42,426 bases of DNA from the IMG/VR virus record IMGVR_UViG_3300033067_001711, positions 1-42,426 of that record. One strand, given 5' to 3'. Below, piece after piece: positions 27,974 through 37,994 of this stretch (positions within the stretch are counted from its first letter, which is position 1; the number at the start of each line of letters is the position of its first letter). Both the position numbers and the translations under genes were made by a program. The notes under the pieces were generated by a model, which worked only from the letters and a program-made list of their open reading frames with translations, made no database searches and was not told the DNA's origin. Source of the stretch: a virus (taxonomy: Duplodnaviria; Caudoviricetes).

Positions 27974-28188
27974 CCGAGTTTAAGTTTCTTCGGCAATTCC
28001 CAGTGCGTGCCGTGCTTTCTTTTCTTGGTCGTTAGTTTTTGGTTCAGCATGTTAGCAAAATCTCTAGCCGTTCCCGAAGTACTCGGCGGCGATCCTGTCG
28101 GAGCACTTGTGGTAGAGCCTTGGTTGGCCATTCCTGACCACGGAGTAAAATCACCCATTGATGCCTCCAAATTCGATTGCATGCTCAA
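27970..28188 (-). CDS. Small hypothetical protein
   Basis: Probable start at MGDFTPW after GGAGG. Confidence 0.45.
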   Translation of the reverse strand: MSMQSNLEASMGDFTPWSGMANQGSTTSAPTGSPPSTSGTARDFANMLNQKLTTKKRKHGTHWELPKKLKLG

Positions 28189-28579
28189 CTAAAATCTTAC
28201 CTTTAAAATTGCGCGTCCCTACGATCAGAAGGCCCGCTTTCATCGCAAGCCGAAGCATTGCCTGATTCGTATTCTCGATTGCTGTCGTGGCTCTTTTGTA
28301 GGTTTTCCCCAACTCACGGACCATGGCCGTGTAGCCGGTAAAGACAATCGCCGTACCAGAGGAACTCGGGAATGCGCCGCCAAATTGCATGTAGACGGTC
28401 TCGGCATCCATCTCGTGACAGCTCATGTATCCCTGCGGCTCTCCGTCTTTTACAAACATGAGAGCAAAGTCCGTTCGATTAAGAGAAGACGGACGAGTTT
28501 TATTAAAGCAAATTACGTGCGCGTCGGCCGCATAATTTGCCCACTCCTTCCCGTCGAATCTGCGAACCTCGAGCTGCAT
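28151..28579 (-). CDS. GNAT-family acetyltransferase-like protein
   Basis: DGEPQGY...TTAIENTNQAMLRLAMKAGLLIVG resembles the GNAT motif N..A..L..K.G(F). Confidence 0.65.
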   Translation of the reverse strand: MQLEVRRFDGKEWANYAADAHVICFNKTRPSSLNRTDFALMFVKDGEPQGYMSCHEMDAETVYMQFGGAFPSSSGTAIVFTGYTAMVRELGKTYKRATTAIENTNQAMLRLAMKAGLLIVGTRNFKGKILVEHAIEFGGING

Positions 28580-29427
28580 TATTTTCCTCCGCTACCTGCT
28601 GCCGCCGTTGCATCGGCAGTTTTACCGGCAGCCCACTTCTTCATCTGTTCTTGGTAGGTCATGTCGTTGTAGCTTCGCTTACCTTGTTGTTCTTGGATAA
28701 GATTATTGATGTTGTACTCTTGTTGCTTGCCCTCGAGCGTTTTGTTGAACTGACCAATATTTTGTTCGGTACCCGCAAGATTCGCAAGCTGAGCAATACG
28801 GTTCTGCTCATCAGTGGTGGCTACGCCGAGAGTGTTAACGTCTCCTGCGCGTGCCGCTTGTTGACGAGCCATGAGCATGTCGCGTGCTGAGCTGCGGGCC
28901 GCAAGTCCCCGAGCGCCTGCAGATAAACCACCGCGCATGGCAAGGGCCGAGTTCGCCTGGTTCATTCCAGCTGCGGCTTGTCTGGCTGCGGCCTCTTTAT
29001 TGGCCATGGTTTGATTCATGATCGATTGATTCTGAAGCGCGGCCCATGCTGAGGGGCCCGTGCGAAGGGCTTCTTGTTTATACTTCGAGTAGCCTTCCCA
29101 CTGCGAGGGATCAAGGCCAGAGAGGCTCATCGTGTAGCCGTCTTTAAGCTTACCTGTCTTTTCGTCTACAAGAGAGTCCCAAGCCTGCCGAATCGGTGAG
29201 CCGTCATCATTAAGACCCTGGGCTAGCATCTTGGCGTGGTTGGTAGAATCGGCTGCTGCCTGCTGCTGATTTGCATAATCCGCTTCGTACTCAGACTTGC
29301 TCAAGACTTTTCCAGTAGCCGTGTTCACGTACTTCCGCGTAACAGGGTCGTACTTGAATCCGTTGGCCACATCATAGCTTTGTTCAGGTGCGTTTCCGTA
29401 TACGCCTTGACCAATGTTCGATCCCAT
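28579..29427 (-). CDS. Putative DNA transfer/ejection protein
   Basis: Q/A-rich with ALAMRGGLSAG and a C-terminal GGK; AAGGAG RBS. Confidence 0.55.
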   Translation of the reverse strand: MGSNIGQGVYGNAPEQSYDVANGFKYDPVTRKYVNTATGKVLSKSEYEADYANQQQAAADSTNHAKMLAQGLNDDGSPIRQAWDSLVDEKTGKLKDGYTMSLSGLDPSQWEGYSKYKQEALRTGPSAWAALQNQSIMNQTMANKEAAARQAAAGMNQANSALAMRGGLSAGARGLAARSSARDMLMARQQAARAGDVNTLGVATTDEQNRIAQLANLAGTEQNIGQFNKTLEGKQQEYNINNLIQEQQGKRSYNDMTYQEQMKKWAAGKTADATAAAGSGGK

Positions 29428-29437
29428 TTGATTCTCC

Positions 29438-30160
29438 TTACGAAAAGTCTTGATAGATAGAGAGATCTTTTACGATCTCCGTGTTGTCGTCAGCTACCAT
29501 CTGTTCCATGGTCGTTATCATCTCAGTTTTCAGCTCTCCGAGCATTGTCAAAGCATCGGCAGTGTTGGGGTGTCCTTCTTTCTCGTAGCAGCGGTATTTC
29601 ACGTACTGATACAAAAACTGCATGGCAATCTGCGGAAGGTCACACAGTAAATTGTCATACAATCCAGCCGGGTCGTAAACCCACTTTGCCGTCTCTCTAA
29701 TGTACCAGATCTTCGCCGCATTGGGTGTGGTCTCACGGCTCGGTGGAACAAGCTGCATAACAACGCCACCAGCCGCCGAGTCGTTTCGGATGAGATATTT
29801 GTAGTAGTCGGTAACAGAGGTGTATTGATTGATGCGGGCTAGATCCTCGAATTTATCCGCACCCCTTAGGCGCTCGATCGTGTAGATCGTAGACCCGAGT
29901 GAGTAGACCACGGCCCGAATCTTGTTCATATAAATCGGTGCGGGAAGAGCGTAGTCTTCCTGTCCGGCAACAAGAGGAAGCGTGTATTTGGTTAGAAAGT
30001 ATTCGTCCTCTAATCCCAGCTTATGGATCGATGCTTCGGCAATAGAGATCCCGTCGTTCACGTACTCAACAAACTCTTCGGGCTGGATGAACTCCTCTAC
30101 CTCGATGTCTAGCTCACGCTCTACTTTGGCCTTAATCTGAGCAAATGTTTTGTAGATCAT
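29438..30160 (-). CDS. Head-tail adaptor (tail tubular A-like)
   Basis: TFAQIKAKV...EYVNDG...LVAGQEDYALP signature. Confidence 0.7.
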   Translation of the reverse strand: MIYKTFAQIKAKVERELDIEVEEFIQPEEFVEYVNDGISIAEASIHKLGLEDEYFLTKYTLPLVAGQEDYALPAPIYMNKIRAVVYSLGSTIYTIERLRGADKFEDLARINQYTSVTDYYKYLIRNDSAAGGVVMQLVPPSRETTPNAAKIWYIRETAKWVYDPAGLYDNLLCDLPQIAMQFLYQYVKYRCYEKEGHPNTADALTMLGELKTEMITTMEQMVADDNTEIVKDLSIYQDFS

Positions 30161-30483
30161 TAGGACTCCTCTCTATAGGCCCCGATGAATGCTCTCACGG
30201 TACACGGCCCAGTAGTCGTGATGACTAAATTAGTGGCATCGAAATCGGCATATTCCCACGTGAGTGCCCCTGTTCCGAGTAGTCTTGTCTGGATCACATC
30301 GGTTGGTTTGAAGCCGAGAGCATGCTGAACTTTTTGTTTGGTAACGGCGCCCTTAAAATCTATCTCAAAGAAAAGAAACTCGGAGCGAAATAACGGGTAC
30401 TTTTGAAAGAACTTATGAATACGAAAGAAGTTCTCTCGGACATATTGGTCAGTGATGTCCTTTAAAATGATATCAGGAATCAT
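30160..30483 (-). CDS. Small virion protein
   Basis: VQHALGFKP motif; coupled to neighbours. Confidence 0.55.
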   Translation of the reverse strand: MIPDIILKDITDQYVRENFFRIHKFFQKYPLFRSEFLFFEIDFKGAVTKQKVQHALGFKPTDVIQTRLLGTGALTWEYADFDATNLVITTTGPCTVRAFIGAYREES

Positions 30484-32747
30484 TTGTTAGCCCCGTCCGA
30501 TCCGCTCTCAAAAGTAGCCTGCGTCTTCGAGAGATTAGCCCAGTGTATGTTGTACGAAAGAAGGTTTAAAACCTCGTCCTTTTTCGTTCCCTTCATCTCC
30601 CACTTTAAGCTTCCCGCGGGTAGGTTGTTTCCGGGATCGAGGACCGTGATTGTATCGTCTGTTCTGTTCGTAATCTTGAACTGCCGAACATAGCCGTCTA
30701 CCTCGGTGGAGATATAATAATTCACGCAATCCGCGGGCCAGTCTGAGGTAGCAGCTGTGTCGAGAGTTACCGTCTTTGTGGCCGGGTTGAAGGTAGCAAG
30801 GCCAATCGTGTCGGAGTTTGTTATAACCGTGTAGGCATTTGTTATATCGATCTGAAGATAGCTAAAGCGAAGGCCTTTAGCGGGCATGCGACGCCACTGC
30901 TCAATAAGTCCCTCGGCATTCCAAATGCAATCAGATGCTCCCCAAACAAACTCGGTGTCGCCCCAGGTAAAGTTTCTTCGCCACCGAATTTCCTTAAGTG
31001 CCCGCGTCGATTTACCGTCGTCATTCACAGCGCTAATCTGAATCGACACGTTGGTGCGATTTCTAGCTGTGAGTAATATTTTGGTGGCGATCTTTCGCAT
31101 GAAGGTTGATCCGAAGTTGAACGCGGAAGATCTGTAGTGATGAATAATCGGCTGCGTGTGCCAGTTGGCAACAAACGTAGTCTGATCGACCATGGGGTCG
31201 GTGGTATAGGCCTCATCGTGAACGAACACATAGCCTCTGGTATCGGCGCGAAGCAGCTGTCCGTTGAAGAACTCAATTGCCGTGGGTCGATAGGAAGTAT
31301 CTCCCGATAGGGACACGAAAGGCATTTGATCCTGGATTCCGAAACGAAGCTCCAGAACAAACATTGAATCGTTGTCCGCTGAGGATGAGTTTGTCTGAAG
31401 ACCCCAGTAGATCCGGCGCTCTTTCTCGTCGAAGCGGCCCACGATCCGGCGCTTGTCGGTGCAGGAGTCGAGCATGAGCTTGTAGTTCTCGTTTATCCCA
31501 TCCGAGATCTTTTGGGTTCTGTAGCCGTCACTGTAGTAGAACCCATCGTTACCAGCCCAGAAAAGGCCGTTCTCCGCTTGCACGATCGATAGGTTCGACA
31601 CGCAGCCCGCGGTATCCGAGATACGAACATGGTTCATCGATCCGCGGCCGTATTGGTCGAACGCTCCCTCAATTCTGTAGATGTACTTATTGCACAGAAC
31701 AATCGGGATGGACTGAACTGAGCTAATCCCCTTGATGGTGTCCTCTACTGAGTCTTCGAAATCTCCTGGGCAGGAGTCGGGATCAAAGGGGGACGACTGC
31801 CGAATCTTGTAGGGAAACTCTTCGGAGCCTTCCTTGATATATCCATAGTAGCCAGTGTTGTTGACTACATGTACGAACTTGGCAAGAGGCGGAGGATCGT
31901 TATCCAGAGTCCCGTCCGAGAGATATATGAGCTGGCCGTCAGTAATACTAGCGTCAGAAAAATTATCCGAAAAAGTTGTCGTACCATTGGTAACCTCCCC
32001 AAGGAGCCACGAGTCCGTGCCTCCGTTGGTGGTTCGGAAGATTTTTACTTTTACTGTAGCCGTGTCCCAATTATCGGTAGCGCCGTTACTGAGAACAGGA
32101 ATGTTAGAGATACTGTTTGGCGTCACCGACGGGTCGGCTGAGTTATTTAGCTCTACAAACGTGACCGGGCCAGCATCTTGAAAGGTCTGCTTGCCTACGG
32201 TGTATTCATAAAAGTAGTGGAATGCGTAGAGAAAGTTCTGCGCACCTGCGGCCCCGGCCGTTACCGTCGGGGATGTGGAAAGGTTAGGAAGACCCGAGGA
32301 GCGAACTCGCATAACACCGGAAGTATCTTTAAAGATCTTCATCGGACGCGGGAACCCATCGTGCGTGATGAACACGTGACCGTTCCATTGTGTGTAAGAG
32401 GCGATCGAAGATACGTCCCCCAGAGAGAACACATCATTTCCTGTTGGTCCAAGGAGCGTAGCGTAGGCCACGGGATTGCGGTAGTAGATCTTCTTAGCGG
32501 ATCTGACTAAGAGCGTGTTGTTATTGTCGTAGTTTATGAGATCGCCAATGCGTTGTGCTCCGGCCGGTATTCTAGAGTCAGCATTTGTAGTCACATCAAC
32601 TACGGACCCAGGACGAGTCTGAAGAGTCTTGTTAGACTGAATTAGGAAGTTGTCGAGAATCTCAGCTGTCGTATTGCTTCCATCGAAGATGTGCTCGGTA
32701 AGACCTCCCGAGAAATCTCCTACTTCCATGGGTCCGACGGAAATCAT
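30480..32747 (-). CDS. Tail nozzle / tubular protein B-like
   Basis: 755 aa, beta-rich; DFSGGL start, TRPG and GCVSNLSI motifs. Confidence 0.7.
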   Translation of the reverse strand: MISVGPMEVGDFSGGLTEHIFDGSNTTAEILDNFLIQSNKTLQTRPGSVVDVTTNADSRIPAGAQRIGDLINYDNNNTLLVRSAKKIYYRNPVAYATLLGPTGNDVFSLGDVSSIASYTQWNGHVFITHDGFPRPMKIFKDTSGVMRVRSSGLPNLSTSPTVTAGAAGAQNFLYAFHYFYEYTVGKQTFQDAGPVTFVELNNSADPSVTPNSISNIPVLSNGATDNWDTATVKVKIFRTTNGGTDSWLLGEVTNGTTTFSDNFSDASITDGQLIYLSDGTLDNDPPPLAKFVHVVNNTGYYGYIKEGSEEFPYKIRQSSPFDPDSCPGDFEDSVEDTIKGISSVQSIPIVLCNKYIYRIEGAFDQYGRGSMNHVRISDTAGCVSNLSIVQAENGLFWAGNDGFYYSDGYRTQKISDGINENYKLMLDSCTDKRRIVGRFDEKERRIYWGLQTNSSSADNDSMFVLELRFGIQDQMPFVSLSGDTSYRPTAIEFFNGQLLRADTRGYVFVHDEAYTTDPMVDQTTFVANWHTQPIIHHYRSSAFNFGSTFMRKIATKILLTARNRTNVSIQISAVNDDGKSTRALKEIRWRRNFTWGDTEFVWGASDCIWNAEGLIEQWRRMPAKGLRFSYLQIDITNAYTVITNSDTIGLATFNPATKTVTLDTAATSDWPADCVNYYISTEVDGYVRQFKITNRTDDTITVLDPGNNLPAGSLKWEMKGTKKDEVLNLLSYNIHWANLSKTQATFESGSDGANK

Positions 32748-33125
32748 TTAGATACCGTAGACCATCGTCATGTTAGACGCGCCATCGTTAGTGGTTACAT
32801 CGACAACCGTGTTGGAGACGCGGGTAACGGTAGGGTTAACATAGTTCCCCGATGCGTCCCGAAAAGATAGAGTCACGATGTCGTAGTCAAAACCAGGAAG
32901 GAGAGCTACCTGCTGGTGAAAGTTACCTCCCCCGAGGCTAACCCAGTTGGCGGCTAGAATTGACTGCGTGGTTACTCCAAGCGACGCCGCAGAAAGTTTA
33001 CTGGAATTTGATCCATCGTGGTTGTGATCGTTTAGCTGCTGGATGTTATCTTCCAGCGCAGGGAAAACAGTCGGTCCGCGGTCCACGGATTGAGGCTTTT
33101 TGTACCCGTAAGTTAAAGTTAGCAT
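32748..33125 (-). CDS. Small virion/tail protein
   Basis: HNHDGSNS motif; beta-rich. Confidence 0.5.
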   Translation of the reverse strand: MLTLTYGYKKPQSVDRGPTVFPALEDNIQQLNDHNHDGSNSSKLSAASLGVTTQSILAANWVSLGGGNFHQQVALLPGFDYDIVTLSFRDASGNYVNPTVTRVSNTVVDVTTNDGASNMTMVYGI

Positions 33126-33437
33126 TTATCTACTCCCAATCTTCTCGGCCACTATGACGAGAACCGAGCCGCTTAAAACACCCAAAAGAAACGCTCGAAA
33201 AGAATGATCCTCTACTACCGCATCTGCAGGGATTTTCTTCTCAAGTAAGTCTTTCACCACCAGATCCTCATTCATCTTCCTAAACTGCCACTCGGGGACG
33301 AGATACCCTTTAAAGGTAGCCACCTCTCCGGCCCCGATCGCTTTTGTCTGTTCAGCCGCCTTCGCTTGGATAGCGCTTGTTAAAATCAGCAGCCAGATCG
33401 TCGCTAGTCTTAGCTTCAACAGTAGTTTTTGCTTCAC
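33126..33437 (-). CDS. Signal-peptide protein with C-terminal TM segment (spanin-like position)
   Basis: N-terminal signal (AKA|AE) and C-terminal hydrophobic helix; overlaps the preceding gene. Confidence 0.5.
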   Translation of the reverse strand: MKQKLLLKLRLATIWLLILTSAIQAKAAEQTKAIGAGEVATFKGYLVPEWQFRKMNEDLVVKDLLEKKIPADAVVEDHSFRAFLLGVLSGSVLVIVAEKIGSR

Positions 33438-33558
33438 TATGAACCTCCTGTTTTAGGTCCCTGAGCTTTAGCGCCCGGCTCTCGAGCCACAGATCCCTAA
33501 TGTATTTAACCGCAAAAAGGATCGCGGCGCTAATCACGGCCAGTAACGTATTGTTCAC
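33352..33558 (-). CDS. N-terminal TM protein (i-spanin- or holin-like)
   Basis: TM helix followed by a coiled coil; directly after the endolysin. Confidence 0.5.
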   Translation of the reverse strand: MNNTLLAVISAAILFAVKYIRDLWLESRALKLRDLKQEVHSEAKTTVEAKTSDDLAADFNKRYPSEGG

Positions 33559-34010
33559 GAGAGATCACCCGCGGGCATCGGCTCAACAAGGGTAAGAACC
33601 CCTGCGTCCCGAAGTTCTTTCCAGTTACGAGCCTCGATATGTGGGATCTCGGGAAAGCGCGACCCCGGAGATCCATACCAGTTTAGAGAGAGGGGAATTG
33701 CCGGAGCCACATTAGCGTTGAACCAAGCCAGATCGTAGAGATTCGTGAAGGGTTTATTTACGAACAGATCTATGGCTGCGTTGTAGTTGTGTGCTGATTT
33801 CCCAAATGAGGCCTTAGAGCGTCCCTCGAGCTTCTTTGCGTCTTGGTCTACTGCTCCGCGGCCCGCGCACGAGATATGCGCCTCGGGGCATTTCTTCTGA
33901 AAAGAAATAAACCAGTCCCGAAGCGGCTGGTAGAAGCCGGGGTATTTATCAAACAGCTCCTTGCACTTCGGGCAGTCGCCGTTATTTTGATGTTTTGTCG
34001 GAAGCGCCAC
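33555..34010 (-). CDS. Endolysin, M15-family (L-Ala-D-Glu-type) peptidase
   Basis: R....Q...KSAHNYNAAIDL...W...EIPHIE motifs. Confidence 0.82.
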   Translation of the reverse strand: MALPTKHQNNGDCPKCKELFDKYPGFYQPLRDWFISFQKKCPEAHISCAGRGAVDQDAKKLEGRSKASFGKSAHNYNAAIDLFVNKPFTNLYDLAWFNANVAPAIPLSLNWYGSPGSRFPEIPHIEARNWKELRDAGVLTLVEPMPAGDLS

Positions 34011-34233
34011 CGCTCACCCCCAGCGCAGCTCTCTCAAGCTCCGTCTTCGCGTCCTTGATATTCATGAAGCCGTAAGCAGCTCCCACCGCACCGAGAAGAC
34101 ACAGCACAGTCATGGTGACCATGTCAGATACGCCGATGTGGCGGTAGGCAATCGGGAGGGCTCCGGCCATGCCCATGACGAGAACCGTCAGGATGAACTT
34201 CCTTGATAAGAATTTTGTGTCTTCAGCGTCCAT
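33982..34233 (-). CDS. Holin (two TM helices)
   Basis: SRKFIL start, two TM segments and a charged tail; directly upstream of the endolysin. Confidence 0.65.
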   Translation of the reverse strand: MDAEDTKFLSRKFILTVLVMGMAGALPIAYRHIGVSDMVTMTVLCLLGAVGAAYGFMNIKDAKTELERAALGVSGGASDKTSK

Positions 34234-34258
34234 TTTCTCTCCCCCTAAAATGGTCTAT

Positions 34259-34555
34259 CTACTGCTTATCGGTCATCTCCAAGCGGACGTTTATCTCCCG
34301 AATCTTTGCGTGCGCTTCATTCACATCCTTCTGCAGCTTAGGAATCGGAGCTACCGACTTCTCTAAAGACTTGATCGAAATCTCTAGCGCAGCGAGCGCT
34401 TTTGAGTTTTGATCTAGCGATGTACCGAGGGCCTTGACGGTGTCATCTTTTAGCTGATCGTGCTTGCGCTTAAGGCCCATGACCCAGTCAAAGAGTTTGG
34501 TGGCTATGAATGCACCAGCCGCCCAAACTACGCCCATAGGAACATCGAGATTCAT
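34259..34555 (-). CDS. Membrane-anchored coiled-coil protein (lysis accessory)
   Basis: N-terminal hydrophobic helix plus heptad repeats. Confidence 0.5.
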   Translation of the reverse strand: MNLDVPMGVVWAAGAFIATKLFDWVMGLKRKHDQLKDDTVKALGTSLDQNSKALAALEISIKSLEKSVAPIPKLQKDVNEAHAKIREINVRLEMTDKQ

Positions 34556-34557
34556 CT

Positions 34558-35322
34558 CTATCCTACCAATCTGATATCCATGTAGTTCGTTCCGCCCGAA
34601 GTAAGAAGCGAGGTCGCAACACCAGAGTTCGCGTACACCCCGATCGTATCTCCTGCGGTAAGTTCTACCGTAACGATTCCGCTTACAATGTGGTTGATAG
34701 AAGATCCCGATCCAATGTGATAGCCGAGAACACGGAACGAGGAGCCGTTCTTGTAGAGCGAAAGGTTCACGGCCTGCGTGGTGCTAAGGTTAACGGCTGC
34801 GGTAATGATCGTCGCGTTTACTTGATACTTACCAGTAACGGGTGCCGTGTAGAGTCCGGTCGCAGCGCTGTATGCCGAGTTCGTATCAAACTCGGTGGTG
34901 TTGAATTTAACGACGGCATCGGAGGTTCCCACCGAGGGACCGTTCGTAGATTCGAGGTGCGCGTTGATATAGACAACACCGCCAATCTGCGTCTCAATTC
35001 CAGAGCTATTGAGCGTATAGATGTTGTTATCGGTTTTGGTGTACACCTTCGTAGTTCCCGCAGAAGGGTTCGAAGGAGTAGATCCTTGGTTCGTGAACAA
35101 GCTAATGTTCACGGTAGGTGTAGTGAGCGATGGAGATGTAAGAGTTTTGTTCGTAAGAGTCTGCGCGGTGCTGTCATCGACAAGAGGCTTCCATGCCGAT
35201 CCATTATCGACGGCTACAAAGCCCGTCGTGGTGTTGAAGGCTACGCGGCCGGTTGTGGCAGCTCCGGGAAGGGAGCTGAGGTTCTCGAATTGTGCTCTTT
35301 CTAGCTGGCTGTTTACTTTCAT
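34558..35322 (-). CDS. Tail fibre with C-terminal C1q-like domain
   Basis: QTLTNKTLTSP shaft motif; VKFNT...AYSAATGLYTAPVTGKYQV...VELTAGDTIGV is C1q/TNF-like. Confidence 0.75.
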   Translation of the reverse strand: MKVNSQLERAQFENLSSLPGAATTGRVAFNTTTGFVAVDNGSAWKPLVDDSTAQTLTNKTLTSPSLTTPTVNISLFTNQGSTPSNPSAGTTKVYTKTDNNIYTLNSSGIETQIGGVVYINAHLESTNGPSVGTSDAVVKFNTTEFDTNSAYSAATGLYTAPVTGKYQVNATIITAAVNLSTTQAVNLSLYKNGSSFRVLGYHIGSGSSINHIVSGIVTVELTAGDTIGVYANSGVATSLLTSGGTNYMDIRLVG

Positions 35323-35357
35323 TTCTCTCTCCTATTTTACGCTTGTCTGCGCCGTTG

Positions 35358-37469
35358 TTATTCAAGTCCGATGAGTCTGTAAGAGCCAGCCGGAAGCGCG
35401 GGACTTACGGTGACCGTCACCGAGGTCGCGCTCGTAGCTTTAATCGTACAGAAAATTTGCTCGAAATCATTAGCATTGTCGTGAAGCTGGAAATTTGCGT
35501 TCCGCGCATCGGCAAGGCCTGTGGTCGTAAATGACTGAGAAGTCTGGGCTCCGTTCCACGAGGTGTCCGACAAATATTTGCCACTTCCAGCCACGAGCCA
35601 CGCGCCGCCGACATCGGCGTAGATTTTATTTACGTCGGTGGCCCACACGAGGCGTCCCGTGTTCTGTCCCGATGCGCTCGGAAGAGCTGAGGATAGAACG
35701 TTCTCAAGCCGTGCGCCCTTTAGCTCGCCTTTGGTCCACAGATCACGGAACTCCATGCCGGACTTACCGAGATCGGTACCGGACCATCCTCCCGAGAAGC
35801 TCGGCGCGGTGAATGCTACAAAGTCATCCTTGGTTTTTACCTTGCCCTTGGAAGCGTTGGAGGTCGACTCAAGGACGAGGTGCTCGGCCGAAGCCGTTCC
35901 ACCCTGAATCGTTTGGCCACCAGCACGTCCGGCTAGAACGACAAACTGCGTATGTCCTGCATCCCCCGTGGTAAGTCCCGATAGCGTGTTGTGTACGATC
36001 TCGGTGTCGGGGAGCGATGCGTTCCATTTGGTGCCGTCGAAGAATAGGCTCATACCAGCCGTCGCCGAGACGTTGATATCCCGAAGAGACTGCAGCACGG
36101 ACTGAGCGATCGAGGTGGTACCATCGGAGATACTGCCAGATAAGTACAGATCTAGAAAGCGCTTGGTTGTAGCTCCCAGATCAAGAGAGGCGTCGGTAGA
36201 AGGCGAGATTTTCGCCGAGCTTTCAACGATGCCAGATCCGTTCGGGGTTAACGTGATATTTCCATTTAGGTTGGTCGATGAGATGACGTTGCCGTCGAGG
36301 CGAAGATTATCTGCGTTTAGCTGGCCCGTGATCGACACCACTCCCGTGACAGTTTGCCCGAGCGTTGTCATGGGATTTTGAACGTCAACGATTCCCGTGC
36401 CGTTGGCCTGAAGGATTAGGTTCCCGTTGCTATTTGTTACGGAGATCGTATTTCCGGATAAACTAAGGTTTCCGATGCCAAATGAGGTGGCGGTGAGTGC
36501 TCCGCAGCTAAGAGTTCCCGTAGTTGATAGGTTGTTAGCTCCGAACGTAATTGCCCCAGATCCGGATACAATCGAGCCGGTCGAGATCACAATTCCCGCA
36601 AGTGTAGACGTCCCGGCTCCGAGAGTTCCCGTGGTCACGAGGTTCGCGGCCCCGAACGTAATCGCTCCTGAAGTATCGGCAATGCTTCCGCCCGTAAGGG
36701 TCATGGTGCCGGTTTTTAGGGAGGTACCCTGAACAGCTCCGCCTGTGATATTTCCCGACGTAGTCAGAATCGTCGAGCCAAACGAGATAGTACCTGAGCT
36801 ATCGGAGATGTTGCCGCTTGCAGCAGTCAGGGTTCCGATCGTTGCCGTGCCCGTCATGTAGAAGTCTTTGAACTTCAGCGCCGAGGTTCCTAGATCGTAG
36901 GTTCCCGTAAGGGTAGGACGGAAAGTATCGTCTACTTGAACGAATCCCGTGTGCGCCCCAACACCGTCTCCGCTATTGGAGGCGAGAGTTAGGTTCTGGT
37001 TCGCGACGTTGCCGCCGTAGATTTTTTGCCCAGCGTAGATTCCCGTAATCGGGTTCCCTGCGGCATCAAGGTCTGACTTACCCTGCTGATAGACATACAT
37101 GTCTTGGGTGATGTCGGTAAAGGCAGCCAGAATGGAGTCCGTGCTCCAATCAAAATCGTAAACTTTATGCCAGCTAGCTGCGACTTCTCCCTCGCGCTGC
37201 TCCCAGCGATATCCAGCCTGCCGAGAGTCACCATCATCAAGCACGACTCGGTAGTCGTTTAGCGTATTTCCTCCAGCGGGAAGATCCGCGGGCGTTGCTA
37301 CCGATGGCTTGGCGTTCGGATAGAGAACTTTATAGAGCCAGTTAAGAGCCGAGTTCACATCGGTTACGCCAGGAGCGCTGGGGTTTGAGTATGCGAAATC
37401 GGAGAGCGTGTGTTTTAGAGGATGCTGGGCTGGAGTCCAAATCTCGAATCTGTGTTTATCAAAACTCAT
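35358..37469 (-). CDS. Tail fibre / spike protein
   Basis: 703 aa, G/T/S-rich repeats (SGAITFG...L.TTGTL; ISSTNLNGNITLTPNGSG). Confidence 0.7.
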   Translation of the reverse strand: MSFDKHRFEIWTPAQHPLKHTLSDFAYSNPSAPGVTDVNSALNWLYKVLYPNAKPSVATPADLPAGGNTLNDYRVVLDDGDSRQAGYRWEQREGEVAASWHKVYDFDWSTDSILAAFTDITQDMYVYQQGKSDLDAAGNPITGIYAGQKIYGGNVANQNLTLASNSGDGVGAHTGFVQVDDTFRPTLTGTYDLGTSALKFKDFYMTGTATIGTLTAASGNISDSSGTISFGSTILTTSGNITGGAVQGTSLKTGTMTLTGGSIADTSGAITFGAANLVTTGTLGAGTSTLAGIVISTGSIVSGSGAITFGANNLSTTGTLSCGALTATSFGIGNLSLSGNTISVTNSNGNLILQANGTGIVDVQNPMTTLGQTVTGVVSITGQLNADNLRLDGNVISSTNLNGNITLTPNGSGIVESSAKISPSTDASLDLGATTKRFLDLYLSGSISDGTTSIAQSVLQSLRDINVSATAGMSLFFDGTKWNASLPDTEIVHNTLSGLTTGDAGHTQFVVLAGRAGGQTIQGGTASAEHLVLESTSNASKGKVKTKDDFVAFTAPSFSGGWSGTDLGKSGMEFRDLWTKGELKGARLENVLSSALPSASGQNTGRLVWATDVNKIYADVGGAWLVAGSGKYLSDTSWNGAQTSQSFTTTGLADARNANFQLHDNANDFEQIFCTIKATSATSVTVTVSPALPAGSYRLIGLE

Positions 37470-37481
37470 CTTAAATTCCCC

Positions 37482-37994
37482 CTAGTAAGACACAGTGAAT
37501 GAAGAATCCGGAACCCAGCTCTCATCCCAGTTCGAGTAGCTTTCTTTTTTTCCTTTGAAGATAACCGAAGTCGCGTTCTGGTAGATGTATTCCACCACTT
37601 TGCAGGGCGTTCCCTGCTTTGCAAAAATAGCCGCCTCGTAAATACGAACCGGGCGCATTTGCCCGTCTAATTCTTGGTACTGCTTGGTAAGTTCATTTTC
37701 ATTTGTGATGATGTGCTGCGTTTTGGAGTAGTGGATATCGGGGACAGTGAAGTCCGCATCGGGAATAAAGGTAGACGACCACACATCGTAGCCATCAACT
37801 TTTCCTTTGAGTGTGCTGGAGCTTCCGTCTACATAAACGAACTCGGTAACCAGGCAAGGATCTCCCGTCTTTGCCCAGTGCGGAGCCGTATAAAGTTTTG
37901 AGGGACGACCGGCACCATCCAATAGTTGGTACTGTTTGATGAGTTCCTTCTCCGATAAAACAAGAAGCTCAGTCTTAGATTTTGTTATCGCCAT
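37482..37994 (-). CDS. Virion protein with two copies of a ~70-aa domain
   Basis: SKT...KQY..LDG..RP..Y.A...G.PC.V.E..Y...KG....W occurs twice. Confidence 0.65.
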   Translation of the reverse strand: MAITKSKTELLVLSEKELIKQYQLLDGAGRPSKLYTAPHWAKTGDPCLVTEFVYVDGSSSTLKGKVDGYDVWSSTFIPDADFTVPDIHYSKTQHIITNENELTKQYQELDGQMRPVRIYEAAIFAKQGTPCKVVEYIYQNATSVIFKGKKESYSNWDESWVPDSSFTVSY

